Shown here: in pieces, positions 1 through 13,500 of the stretch
Layout: each line of letters begins with the position of its first letter
Numbering within the stretch: the stretch's first letter is position 1
Source: Bugula neritina
Lineage: Eukaryota; Animalia; Bryozoa
Direction of reading: 5' to 3'
Assembly: GCA_964035545.1 (NCBI GenBank)
Contig: OZ037771.1
Location: forward strand, 5,799,190-5,863,189
DNA: 64,000 bases
Position numbers and translations under genes: made by a program
Notes under the pieces: generated by a model
What the model was told of the DNA's origin: nothing
The model's database searches: none
What the model saw: only the letters and a program-made list of their open reading frames with translations

Positions 1-226
1 TACCATGGATGTTGTTATTATTGATATTATTGCTATTAGTATCATCTGTTGCTGTTAATCTGTAGCTTAATCAGCCATGTAATGAACTAGCCTACTAACC
101 TCTTTAAATTATTTCATTCCTAAAGAAATTATACAGTTGATTTAGGATGACTATATGTATTGTATGTGACTATTTTGACTGAAAACATTGTCAAGATCGT
201 AGCTGTAACCTGAACTTGAATTGTAG

Positions 227-430
227 ACCTTGCAGATTGGCATATCTGCTCTTGGGGCGGTTCTCTTTGGAGTCTACTTGGTGTTTGACACCCAACTGAT
301 GCTTGGAGGCAGACATAAGTATGCCATTTCTCCTGAGGAGTACATCTTTGCAGCTCTTAACCTATACCTTGACATCGTGAATCTGTTTCTCTACATTCTA
401 TCTATCCTCAACGAAGGCAGGAGGAATTAA
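227..430 (+). CDS. Protein lifeguard / TMBIM (Bax inhibitor-1 family), terminal coding exon; gene starts upstream of the window
   Basis: Acceptor ttgtag at 221-226, then TLQIGISALGAVLFGVYLVFDTQLMLGGRHKYAISPEEYIFAALNLYLDIVNLFLYIL...*. The DTQ...SPEEYIFAALNLYLDI motif is characteristic of Lifeguard (GRINA/FAIM2-type) proteins. AATAAA at about 485 and 992. Confidence 0.95.
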   Translation, partial: TLQIGISALGAVLFGVYLVFDTQLMLGGRHKYAISPEEYIFAALNLYLDIVNLFLYILSILNEGRRN

Positions 431-1521
431 CTCACATTCCCTACTATCTGTCTATACATCTGTTTTCTTTCTCTAATAACCTAAATAAAAATAGCATAAC
501 AAGTTGGTTGCAGTATTTTGAAGGTTTTATCACATAATTTGGTCGACAATGTCAGCTGTACAGGGCCTGGTTTATGATTCTTACGTATGGCTGCCGTGCC
601 TGTTGCATAAGTTTCAATAACTATGTGACTTAAATATTTCACAGCTAAATTAGTTACCATCTTTGCAACGTGCATCATATGTATCTATCAACTGTAGAAC
701 ACAAGTTAAGCATTGCTAAGTGCTAGCTTATGGTCTACCTCTATCATCTGTTAGATTATAGTGCCTTCAACTGTAACACCAAATATTGTGATGGAAAATT
801 AAAATGCTCACCAACTTTATGCATTTCTCTGTGTTTTTTTGTGTACCCAGCATTGAAATAACTCTACTATTTTTGTATTGTGTAGCAATGAAAATGAAAC
901 ATATACTGAAATCATTTATCCTGCCTGTTTATATGTGCATGCAGCTATATTTCCATATGGAGTTGTTTCCTTTTTTGTGAAGATGTGATGAAATAAATGC
1001 AATAACTATTCTATACTTTTGGGATTTTTAATTTCAAGGAATTGTTTTTTTGTTGTAAACTTAACTTATAGCTTGTCATTACAAGTTATGCTTGTTCATT
1101 TTTCAGTTGGCTAAAGAACCACAACTACCTATAACACTATGAACTAGCTGCTACAAATATTAATAATGTGAACTGACTACTCTAAATGGTATCAATGATG
1201 TTTATCGCATATCGCCAGCTGACCACTGAATACTTGCTATTTCGTACTCTTCCCATTTACTTTTCATACACATGCTATGTACATATATTATATTGATACT
1301 TAGCACAATTCACTTACCCTTGCCATCTACATACATTATACTTCAAGTGTGCTATATACTTACTATGGATATACCCAATGCATTATGCTTAGTGCGCTAT
1401 ACACTTGCTATGTACATATCTGACACCACTTGAAACAATAATTTTACCTTGCGCTCAACAAACCTATTGCTTATATGCATGGTGGTACTTTATGCTGAAC
1501 TGCATGTATATAATACAGATA

Positions 1522-4500
1522 ATGTCTACGTTGGGGTTATGTTTGCTTTCGGTAAGTTGGGTTTGTGTAGTGGCAGAGTATGGACTTGGAGTGATTAACC
1601 GACGCTGTCAGTTAAATGACACATTCGACAATCATAGATGCCAGATAAACAGTGGTAACCTTCTCTGTAATGCTGTTAATTCACCTCAATTTTATCGCTG
1701 TCAAAAGTAAGATGTTGAAAAAATGTATTGTAATTTCAATTTTCAATGCACCTAGATTGCTTCTACAAGCGCACATTATTATGTGGGATTTGTTAATATT
1801 TGTCAGTTATAGTGTTGAAAACTGCTGTAAAATATACTGTTTTTCTCTACAGCTTTCTTGCAACGTTTGATAATTCTTTGTTATGTATAACTCTAAGTCT
1901 AACTCACAGCATCATATGCTACACTAATTTCTTTGTCTCAAAAGTTTGCTTGTCTCTCCAGAGAATCGATGAATGGTGAGACCACATTCAGCTTTCTCTG
2001 GAGTTTGAGTGGCTCCATCAGCTACAGAACTCCTCTATCACCCCTCGAGACACTTGGCAGCCAAGTATTCGTTAACTCAAATCCACCACCACCTTACAAT
2101 TCTGCCAACTCTACCCGGTAAATCTTTACTTGTTTGTAGAATATATGCAGGCATTGAGTTTATACTTTTCTTGCATATGAAAAAGGGATTAAATTAATTT
2201 TAGCATTGAGAGTAAATAGAAATTTTAAACCGAAATAGTTGTATATTATTTAATCCAAAGTTTATTTGCCTTCTAAAATATTAGAAAATAATGCACATTA
2301 ATGCTGTTCAATTTAGTTTAGGTGTATCTTGAAAAATACAAATGCAATTTTTAATCAGAACATGAATTTGCAGATGATATATTTAGTTAGCTTTGTTCTG
2401 AAGCATGTTTCATATAAAGATACAGTTTTCTGTGTAGCCTTTGGACTATATAACATTAGGGCCTGGCTACACACTCGTAAGAATCACACGAAATCGTCTA
2501 TTTTACATGAAAACACAAGACGTACGATCAAATTTGAGAATTTATACAAAATCGTGTTCGCTGGGTGCACCCACAGAAGTTGATGAACAAAAGAGTTATT
2601 AAGTACTACTTGATTGGCCAATAGAATTTAAGCAATAGTGACTATTTCAGTTCTACCACATTTCTGTGACTGGCCATCTTAATTCTGCTGTTTTTATCCT
2701 GTGCAAGACCCATTCACGGACTATTAATTATGTGTTTTGTCCAACGGATGTGTGGCTGGTCATAACGAGAGGATAACTCATGAAAATATTTACACGAATT
2801 TTGTGTGAGTTTCACAAGTGTGCGGCCAGGCCTTTAGTGTGGAATATCTGTTAGAAATTTATTTTGGGTAGTCATACATTCTATACAGTACAGTGGAATG
2901 TGTGAAAACAGAGCGTCAGGAGCAATGTAATAATGTCCCTTGTGACATTTGTAACGCTGGTAATATGTGTGGAATATGCTCATACCCGAGATGCTCAACT
3001 AGAAGCACTCACAGCTACTGTTCATCAGGTACTGCACTTGTTATCATTTTCTCACTTTGTGACTGATTCCTTTAATCTTTTACTATATTTTTGAGTACTG
3101 CCCGGTATTACTCAGTATCTTCAGCCTTTCACTGTGTTAGCCTAAGGCCACACTGCTCGTATTGTGGTGGCTCGTGGAGCTACCAGCAGCACAATACGCA
3201 AGGTCGCGTATTGACCCGGAACTATGTACTCAGCCAATTAGCTAAGTTGATATTGAGTAGCAGTAGTTAGCTTCGCGCTACTAGCCAGTTGAGGATAGTG
3301 CAGTAAATTAAATAGACGTGTGTATTGTTAACTGTTTTATATCAGATTTTATTATGTATTCTTGTACCCAAATACAACGATATCTACTCGACTTATCACG
3401 GTGAAGTTTCTCTAGCAGTAAATAGACTCTCTTGGTTACACATCGACCCTAATTCTGAAAAACATAACAGTATTTTCGCAAGCGAAAATCTAAACCACAA
3501 GTGGAAAAGGTGTCCACTGTATGTGTTAAGAAAATATTCACACTTGTCGCTCAGCATTCTAAACGCAAGTGCGAATCGTCTCTGTCGTCGTCACCTAATT
3601 GGCTGGTAGTTATTTAGTGAGCTCACTTTTCTTAATTTAGTGCTACATTCCAATAAGTTGGGTTTTATTAAAAGCGAGTAGAGTTAAAAATGAAAACTGT
3701 AGCGTCAGTGAAATCTAGCTGGGGGCAGCTAGATTTTGCTGACGCTACAGTGGACACCTTTTCTACTTGTGGTTTTAATTTTCGCCTGCGAAAATATGCA
3801 CAGTGTGGCTCTAGGCTAACTCTCTCTTTTTCTCGCTCTCTCTCTCTCACTGTATTACTGTATTACTCTCTCATTGTATTACTGAATAACTGTATTACTG
3901 AATAATGCATCTATTACCGTATCCATTTACCAAGTTTATTAACAACTCTATTTGGTTTTTTGTAGCATATGAAGGGGCGCCAGTTGAATGCCAGGACTAT
4001 GGGCTCTGCGATTTCTGTGCTATCAAGGCCTGCCCAGCTGATGGGTGTACAAGTAGCAGGTGTGTCAACTGCACCTGTGCTTCAACGTCTCAGATTAGTA
4101 GGTGTTTCTGTCTTTGAATTTTATTCTGTAAAATATTATTTTTCTGTCATTTGCATTTACAAAGTTCTGGTTCGCTTCAGCCATTTACTGTTGTGTAACA
4201 CCAAACTGCTTTTGGCTATATACAAGAATGCTTGCACTGAACAGTCTTAATTCCTTAATTACTTGTTTGTTCACAAAAAGAGATTTTTAAATATAAGTCA
4301 AGTCCGGTAGGTAAGTTGAAGTATATGCATAATTTTTTTAAAGATTAACATGATTGGTCGCTGTTATGTATAAGAAACAAAAATAATGATGCATCGAATT
4401 TCTCTAACTTCATTTAGATGGTCTATGACTCAGAAGCCAAGTCAAGCTAAATACCAGTTTTACAATTTATTTTAACATCAGTATGTTTGTATTTAACAGG

Positions 4501-7500
4501 CAGTGCTTGCACGGCGGAGCAGTGTAAAATCTGTAGTCAGCCTGGCTGTTATCTGTGTAATACTGGCAGATTCAACTGTTTGGCTCAAGCGGTTACAAGC
4601 TGTGATCATGATGAAGTATGCAAAGACCCGCCTACTGTACCCAAATACCGAGTATCTTATAATATAGTAATATCACATCTGCCGAACCTTAAGGTAACTA
4701 GCCCATGGTCTGCAGAACCCAGGCATGTTGGTCATACTTTATCAACTTTTTGAGCTATATAGACATTGTATTGGCTCTACCGTTTAGTTTTTATTCTGTC
4801 TGGTAACCATGCGATTCTGTTATGATAGGAAATTAAAAGTGGGATTTTCGACACAATGTCTCGATACTTAGAGAGCATTTCCATTAAACAAGTGCCTCAG
4901 CTGCAAAAAATAGATGCATTTAAGACTGGGTAAGTGCGGCCACCACATTTTTTTGGTCAGTTTGTATGGTTTATTTTAGCATTTCAGGAGCAGTAGTGGA
5001 GAAATTGAGGTAGCCTAAGCTCTTTTATTTTATTGTTAAATTTTGGTTTGAGGCGCGGGTTGAAATTCTTGCAAGAACATAACTTTTTATGCTACATTTC
5101 TAATCTAGAACACAAGCTTTTCTTAATTTCTTCATTACTGCACCTACCTCTAGAGCTCATCTACACAGAGTTGCATAATAATTAAATAGAATCTGAAAGT
5201 TTCTGCACTCTCCTAGAACTTGGAATTGATGTTTGTATGTTATAGGCAGAACTTTCCCGTTCTCCACTCTTTCACATTTGACATGAGCTCTCAGTGTTCG
5301 CTGCAGAACCTGGAATTTATCAACCAATTGGTGACAACATCTTCACATTTGGATCTTGTAATCATATGCAAACCTGAAAGAAATATTCTCAGCCTAACAG
5401 GTATTTTTGTAGCAGAAGTGTAAAATAATTTTGCCCCCACTGGGATTCGAACCCGAGACCTCTGACTTGCAAGCAAATGTGCTAACCATTACACACCAAA
5501 GACCACTGAGTAAACTCAACACTACAAGAAGTGTTATGTTTAAGCAAAACTCCTGACTTAATACATATGTGCATTTATAAGATTTACTGTTTTGAAATGT
5601 TTTTAATAGCTCTTCTTAATAAATACTTATTATTTTTGACAGAAAATAAATTCAAATACACCGTTTTTGCCTCATTGTCTCGCAGTATTATTAAATTGGC
5701 AATATTATGTGTAATACTAAGTGTAACTATGTGTAGTTTTTTCCTCTCTTCTACATATTGAAACACTGTTTTGGGAAAATAAGCCTAACAAAAACTACTA
5801 TACGTAAAATATTTTATTAATCGTGCTAATATTTACTATATGTCGTTACACTATGATTTGTTGGCAATATGTGCAAGTTAGTGATTGAATACAAATTGCT
5901 TGCGTTCAGATATACTGCGTTTGTGTTTTTGTATTTGAGTTTAATTTTGTGACGTGATTAGCATTTGAAACAAAAACATTACAGGTCAAATGAATACCTA
6001 GTTATAAATATATTGTTTGTCAAGCAAGTGGTAAATTATAAATATATTACAGGTATTAGAAAACACGGAAGTAGGTTGAGAAAACTGGTGCTGATTGGCG
6101 TAACTGATGCCTTTCAGCTAGACTTCTGCTTATTCCCAACATATTGGGTCAACAGCGTACCAGCTAAAAAGTTGCATATTGTTGCTCCTTCAGTGAGAAT
6201 AGAGTGCGGCTGTCTCACAGCTTTCTTTAGAAAGTTTGGTAACGTAAATAACTACAAATAAAGAATTTTCGGTGCAGCATCAGTTGTGAATTTGAATAAT
6301 ATATTGTGAATAAATTATTTCATTATATATTTTAACCTGAATTCAGTAGATTACCATTCAACAGCAGTAGTGGAGAAATTGAGATAGCCTAAGTTCTTTT
6401 ATTTTATTATTAAATTTTGGTTTGGGGCGAGAGTTGACATTCTTGTGAGAAGATAACTTCTTTTGCTACATTTGTAATCTAGAAAACAGGCTTTTCTCAA
6501 TTTTTCCACTACTGCACCTACTTTTAGATTACAGAGAGATAATAGAGCTAATGGTTCTATTATGAAAGACACCTGAGGCTCAGTAATTGTACTCAGATTA
6601 CCTGATCATCACTTCTGTGTAAATTTCACTTTAGACCTTTCAAAGACTTCCCTACACAACAAATCAATATATACATGGTTATTTTACCACGCTCCTTTAA
6701 TTTATAAAGAAATCGGTATCAACAAGAAAGCTGAAAGTTTGAGTGGATAGTAATTAGTAACAACCTAATTGCTCAGTGAATAAAAATGTGTTGTATTTCG
6801 TCTTGACCTTAGCTTTCAAAATCAAGAACGCCGAGTCATATGGCGGGGACAGATATATAGAGTTTGAAGGCAGTGATGCGCTCAAGTGTGGAGATGGTAG
6901 CTCTCTATTTCAGCATTCATATAGCTGTGACGCAGATAACTACACCCCACTGCATGGTGTAGACATCAATATCGATATTACACACAAATGCTCAGCCGCT
7001 GGTCGTAAGTAAATTTATTATTCAGGTATGAGCTGTGCCGGTCCTACAATATTTCTAGTTGTTGCTCCCAACTACATGTCTATTATTTGTAATTTTACTA
7101 CCAGGCTGTTCTAGAGAAGCCATGAATTATAAATCAATCCTCATAGATAGCTGTTGATTTGGAATAGTCCATGCACACTTTTTTAATATTACATCCAGCC
7201 TTTCTGATGGCGGATATTATAATATACAATATTACAAGTAAGATGCTAGTGGTGCTTGTTGCAGAGTTGTGTCTCCTTAACTGTGACTGTGAGGTTGACT
7301 ACTTGAGTTGTAGTAATGGGCCCACTGTACACTCTCACAATGCTCATGTTGATGTCATCATTCAAGGTAGGTAGTTATATACCTTGAATAGTTGATACAC
7401 ACACACACGCGCGCACACACACACACGTACGCACACACACTCGCACCTGCGCACACACGCGTACGTCTCGTACACTTAGTACCCAAAATATACTCCTCAT

Positions 7501-10500
7501 TTAATTGTCTGCGCAATTTTACTAAGAATTGTCTCCTCAAACTATTATCAGGAATATTATAAGAATAACTCAACGTCAAGTGTTCTTATATTACTATATC
7601 ACATTCTACTCTGGCTTAGCTGACAACTTATACACACTATTTCTAGTAGGCAAATCCGGTACTGCATTGACAGCATTTAAGATATTCAGGATTTTACTGC
7701 CACATGTTTTGCAGCAATTCAAACTTTTAGTCCTGCTAGAGCCCATACTAATACTTACAGGTAGTAAACAGTAGTTTAAATAAAACTAAATACCAGGCAA
7801 GCTGCGCTATTTGCCATGATGTTAATGTTTATTGCTATCTTCTGGTAGATAATTTATGGTAGCTTGAAAACTTCCCTATGCTGTAGTGTAAACGATGTGT
7901 CCAATGATTTAGGCACTGACTATGGACACATTGGAAGGTTGCAGTCCAACTGTTTAGCCAACCTAACCAAAGGCTCTAATGCTGACACCATCAGAAACAA
8001 ACAGATCAAGCTGCTTCTTATTGAACTTGTGAATCTCACTGTAAGTGCTAGCAAACTGTGTTTGCTTTTTGTCAGGTAGAATAAACTTGCCTTATACAAA
8101 TTCTATTAGTCTGGATGCAATCTTTAATATTTATAGGGTTAAGCCATCATTATCTAATAGTGATGTAAGTTGGAGCTAACCTAAGATATCAATTTGTGTC
8201 ATAGTTTGGCCCACTTAAGCATGCTGCGACATAAGTTGTCAGCTTATTACTCAGGCAGCTTCAACCTGTTTCATCATGCTGTTCAGTAAAATTGAGATGT
8301 CCAGCTGTACTATAACAAGGACTGTATCCAGTATTATGAACAGTCCTTAACTTTTAGACAGGCTGCTTATTGTTCAACCCTTGCGCGTGAAGCTTCCCTA
8401 AAAAAAATGCAATATCAGAAAAGTTTTAATATATAAAAATATATATCTTTACTTTGATTTTCAACTCATGTTTCATTTTCAAAATATCATTTGAACTATA
8501 TTATATGTCTTTCTCCACTCTTCTTTTATTGAGAATATATATCTTAAATGCAGACAATAGACGTAGCAGCTTTTGATAACCATGCTGAGACATTCTTCCA
8601 ACTACACCTGTACAACCTGACTAGCCTCGCTAACCTGCCCACTGGATTGCTTCAGGGGGTTGTTAGAGCAGAGCTCATTGAAATCACCTTCACTTCAATT
8701 TCAAACCTAAATGCTTTCCATGGTGCGTTCACCCTTACAGTTATGTTTCAATTTGTTTCTATACTTAGTCACATTTGTGCTAACCACTAGTGTACCCATC
8801 TATGTGTAGCAGTATAAAATGAGCAAGGTGTAGCTGATTCAAACATACATAAAAACTTCGTAGGCAACCAAATTTTATACCCAGGTAAATTTTATAGACA
8901 GCGATGTAGAAGTTTTAATAGTCGTATTAGTTTAATTTTGTAATCAACGTTGATTTGGGGCGCAGGTTGAAATTGCCATGATAGCATAACCTCTTTTGCT
9001 ACAGTTCTACTTTAAAACACATGCTTTTCTTAGTGTTTCCATTACTTCACCTGCTTCACTTTTAGCTGCAATAGCAGTTAATAAAATAATATAACATAGT
9101 TGTTGTTAATAATTGAGTTATGTAATATTCTGTCACATGCTGCCATAGTATATCATTGAGCAGCTGATATCTTCTCAAAGTAAGAGCTGAACCCAAGAAA
9201 TTGTTTATTGCAGGGTTGAAAAATCAGCTTTTGGGAAAACTGTGGCTGAATGACAATAAAATATCTTCCATCAGCAAAGAAGCGTTTGCCGGTTTACCCA
9301 GTCTCATACATCTCAGACTTCACAACAATGAGCTGACGTCTGTACGTAAGCTCACCTTGCCACGACCTTCATTCTACAAGTGTACTGCGTGACCCCGTGT
9401 CTATTGTATGACATGATATTAGTAACACTAAGTATTGGTAAATGAATTTCAGCTGCTTTAGTTTTCTCCCTCTATACATGTGATACAAGTATGGAGAGGG
9501 AACATGTGACAAATGAGTTCTTAGGACGTAGAGACCTAATCACAGTTCACCTTGTGGTGCAGTCAGGATTTCAAGGCTATGAAAGCATTTCCCTATTATT
9601 TCAGCTAATTTTTGGGGCTAATTATTTATGTGCATGGCCAGAGGTGTAACTTCGCTTTTCAAGCAAAAAATGTCACAATTTAGAATAATGATTACAATTG
9701 CTTCAGTATTCCAGTATTGTCAGGTACCAGAATCATCTCAAACAAAAATATCACATCCGATATGTTATAGTTTTTGTATAACTGTGGCATGAGTGTAACA
9801 CTTACAATATGTTTTTCAAAAATATTGTAGATTGATTTCTGCAATCTCAGCTCTTTCTTGTGGACAGCTTTAGAGCAGCCCATATTTATGGAAGATGTAG
9901 AAAGTCCACAGGCTATTCAGTTAGTAGATACTTCTTATACTTTGTATGTAGTTAAAAAGTAGTTCTGTGTTTGTAGCTATGTGTATGTATTCAGATGTAT
10001 GTGTGTATATAGCTGTGTGTATATAGCTATATGTGTGTATGTAGATATATGTATGTAACTGATGCGCGTGGTGTAATAGTGAACCATTCATCTGTTTGAT
10101 TCCCTTCAGACTAAAGACTATGACATTGAGTGGTAACAACTTAGAGTGTTCATGTAAAATGGCTTACTTTCGACGATTCACTTCTCAATCAAATGAGACA
10201 AACTCTTATCAAACATTTCGCATCATGTGGGAGGTAAGCTGACATGTTGTCATGCAGCTAGAATTACCTGTTGAAGATATATCTGGGCAGTAGAGTAGTC
10301 CAGTAAAAAAGGGCAAGTAAAAAATTCTTTCATATTGGAGTAAGTCCGAGTGTACTCACGTGCTTCAGCTAAAGATATTTTTTTATTTCATAGATCAAGG
10401 TCACTCAACTTGTATTATCTTCCCTTAGCAACTAGCCAAGACATCTGAACCGAAGTGCAACATCAATGGCCTGTCTTATAGTCTGTCAGAGTTTCCTTTC

Positions 10501-13500
10501 GACTCCAAAACTTGCATAAACCCTTTGAAGTTGGCCTGCAATTGTATGGTTCCAGGTGAGAAGACAATTTCTAGTTGTTTTAGTTACTCTGCCTTCTCTC
10601 CAGTAACTGGAACACTATAATTATAGTGAATAAAAACCCATGTCTAAATCATGTTTGAATTAAGGCATTTTTTTAGTAAAACTATTTAAAATAATTTAGG
10701 ATTCTTGCATTTTTTGGGTGGCAAATAGAAATGCATAAAAACAATTTGAAAGGTGCACCTTCTAGCATTCATGATATATGTGTTTCTGTTCTTAGAGACA
10801 GAAACAGCTTGTGGGTGTGGCTACTGCACTAACAACTCTACTTGTGATCTGGAGAATGGCGTCTGCAGATGTCTAGACAAGTATATAGGTCCTTCCTGTG
10901 AACACAGCAGAGAGGTGTTTCCTGTTTGTGGCTTCAATAACTCTCTCAGATGTTACTCCAGTGCCTCGTGTTAGTGTCTTCTTCTCAGTGTTTATTGCAG
11001 TCAGCCATAGTTTCAAGGGCTTGTTTTTAGACAAATAACATTTTATAATTTGGGAAGACAAGATGCTTAGATTTTGACTCTTGCAAATGGAGATTTTGAT
11101 ATTTTTCGCACATAGTTCAGTATATTATGCAGGATTTGTGTTTTCTATTACAGGCAGCTACTTACAGTGTAATTGTCTAGACGGGTGGACAGGTGCTCAG
11201 TGCGATTTTTCGGGCGTATGCCATCCCCACCCTTGCAAATCATGGCAGACGTGTAAAGGTGTTGGTTCTTACGTTAACTATGAAATTCTCACTACTGAGC
11301 TGAAGAATGTTGTGAAGACCGCCTACCACTGCTACGGTATGTTTATAGTTGACTAGTCAACATGTGCAGCTAATGCTCTAATTCTAGCGTCCTGTCCACA
11401 GCTTTTATTGTACGCTGTCAAAATTCAACAAAATTTGTAGTGATGCATAGATCGCTCAATGCAACACAAAGTTTGGGGTTGCCAAGTTCAGTGGTTTGGT
11501 GAAGTTTTGAGTTTGGGTTGGAAGTTTGGTCAATGATGTGTATACAAACATTGCACCCGTGACTCCAAACTTTGTGCTGCATCTAGCAATCTTCTGAATA
11601 CTACATCTTAGCATATATTCTAAATTGAGGAAATTCCATGGTCTTACTGGGACAACTTAATATTGCTAATCATCTATTAAGTATAGTTGGTTTAATAGTT
11701 GTGTTATTTGCTGACTGGAAAAAGTTAAATTAAAAGTTCTTTTTTGCAGAAATAGATAATAGTTTACTTTCTTATAATACATAGCCATATAATTGTTATG
11801 ATTATTATAGCATGCATATCAGGATATTTTCTGCTTTTTGGCCTCAGGCTTATAAATTGATGAAATCAGCAAGACGTATTATTATACTTTTTCAGATCAA
11901 GAACTTTCAGAGGAGCAGATATTTGGGACCACAAAGTTAGAATGTAATATAAAGAAAAAAGATAGCTGTTCCTTTGTTGAAGGCAGCAGTTGTATTTCCA
12001 AGGATGGGTCATACTGTGGCTGTCCAATTAATCGTACCCTTGATATGTCTACTTACTCTTGTGAAAGAGCCCCGGGTAATCCTTGCATGAATATATATTC
12101 TATAGAATATGTCTATATACTGATGTGATGCAATGATTGCAGTGTAATAATTATGTTTACATAATATGATAGTCTACAGTCTACATTGATGAAGATGGTG
12201 GAAGGCTTTTTATTAGAATGACTTTTATAATAAATGTAGTGGTGGCAGTGGTAAAGGTAGAGGTGGGGAGGTTAATAGCAACATGCAAGTAAGGCAAAAC
12301 ATTGGGGTTGAAAATAGATACTGGAGAAAGCATATACAAGAAAGTGCATGATATGATATGATATGAAAAGGTGATATGATATGATAAGGTGATATAATAT
12401 GATAAGGTGATCTGATAAGGTGATATGATATGATAAGGTGATATGATATGATAAGGTGATATGATATGATAAGGTGATATATGATAAGGTGATATGATAT
12501 GATAAGGTAATATAATAAGCATATGCTGCATGTGTTCATGTATTTGTAGTAAAGTGCTTAGAGAATGCAGACTGTCTGAGACTGGGTCTCCGGTACATAT
12601 GCACTCGCAGTGAAGCGTTGGACAGAGAGTATGGTGTGACAGGAGAATCTCCCAAATACTGTGTCTGCAGCAACCCAAACTTGGTATGACGTCACTGTCT
12701 AGATTCTAGAGTGACCAGTAATCTCAGGCTACATCGTTTATAGTACATTTTAAGTCAGGCATCAACTTACTTGATTGGTGTTCTCTTTCTTATAGATTCA
12801 ACTTTTAATTATTCGCACCCTGTAATTGTGTTTTCGGCTCTTGCATATAATATGCAGTTCTTATTTAGTTCATTGCCAATAAGTCGCCGCACATTTATAA
12901 AAGGAACTAAGCTTTAAATTTTTCTCTTTAATTCTCGTTATAACATATTATATGGTAAACATTATATAATAAATTTATTGCGTAGCGTAATTTATTTATA
13001 ATAGCATGCAAATGAATTAAGATATACACAACTATTTGAAATTTTTTCTAGTGATGATCATTTGTGTTTCTTGCTGTTGTAACAAGAATTTCTTCAATTT
13101 TTCAATGGCTTGTTAAGATTTATCAATAATTTTTCAAAATGTTTGAAGTTATTCATCCATGATTTTTGCTCTCTATTTAGGTTCTTTCTAATATCTTATT
13201 ATCACTGTCATTATGCTACATTATTTACTTCTAATCACACACACACAAACACACATCTTTTGATTGTTCTCTTATTGCAAGTCCTTGACATTCAAAATAT
13301 CTTTTACTGTTATAACTTATAATGTGAATTAATAGCTTTGTTCTGAGGGTGTGTTTGTTGATTATAGCGCAATTCACTAGACGGTTCGTGCACCACAGGT
13401 GAAGTAATACTCAGACCCCCAGCTACAAATGCCCCTTTTCAATGGAAGCCTCTGTATTCCTACTTTCTAATAGGAGCTGCTTCTCTCCTCTTTCTGGTGT

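Noticed and set aside
5430-5510. Possible tRNA gene (also at 30465-30540 and 42830-42898)
   Set aside because: Acceptor stems do not pair cleanly, copies are diverged and share non-tRNA 3' sequence; better explained as SINE heads.
12181-12678. Minus-strand 165-aa ORF with HIISPY repeats
   Set aside because: Minisatellite plus the antisense of a real plus-strand exon.
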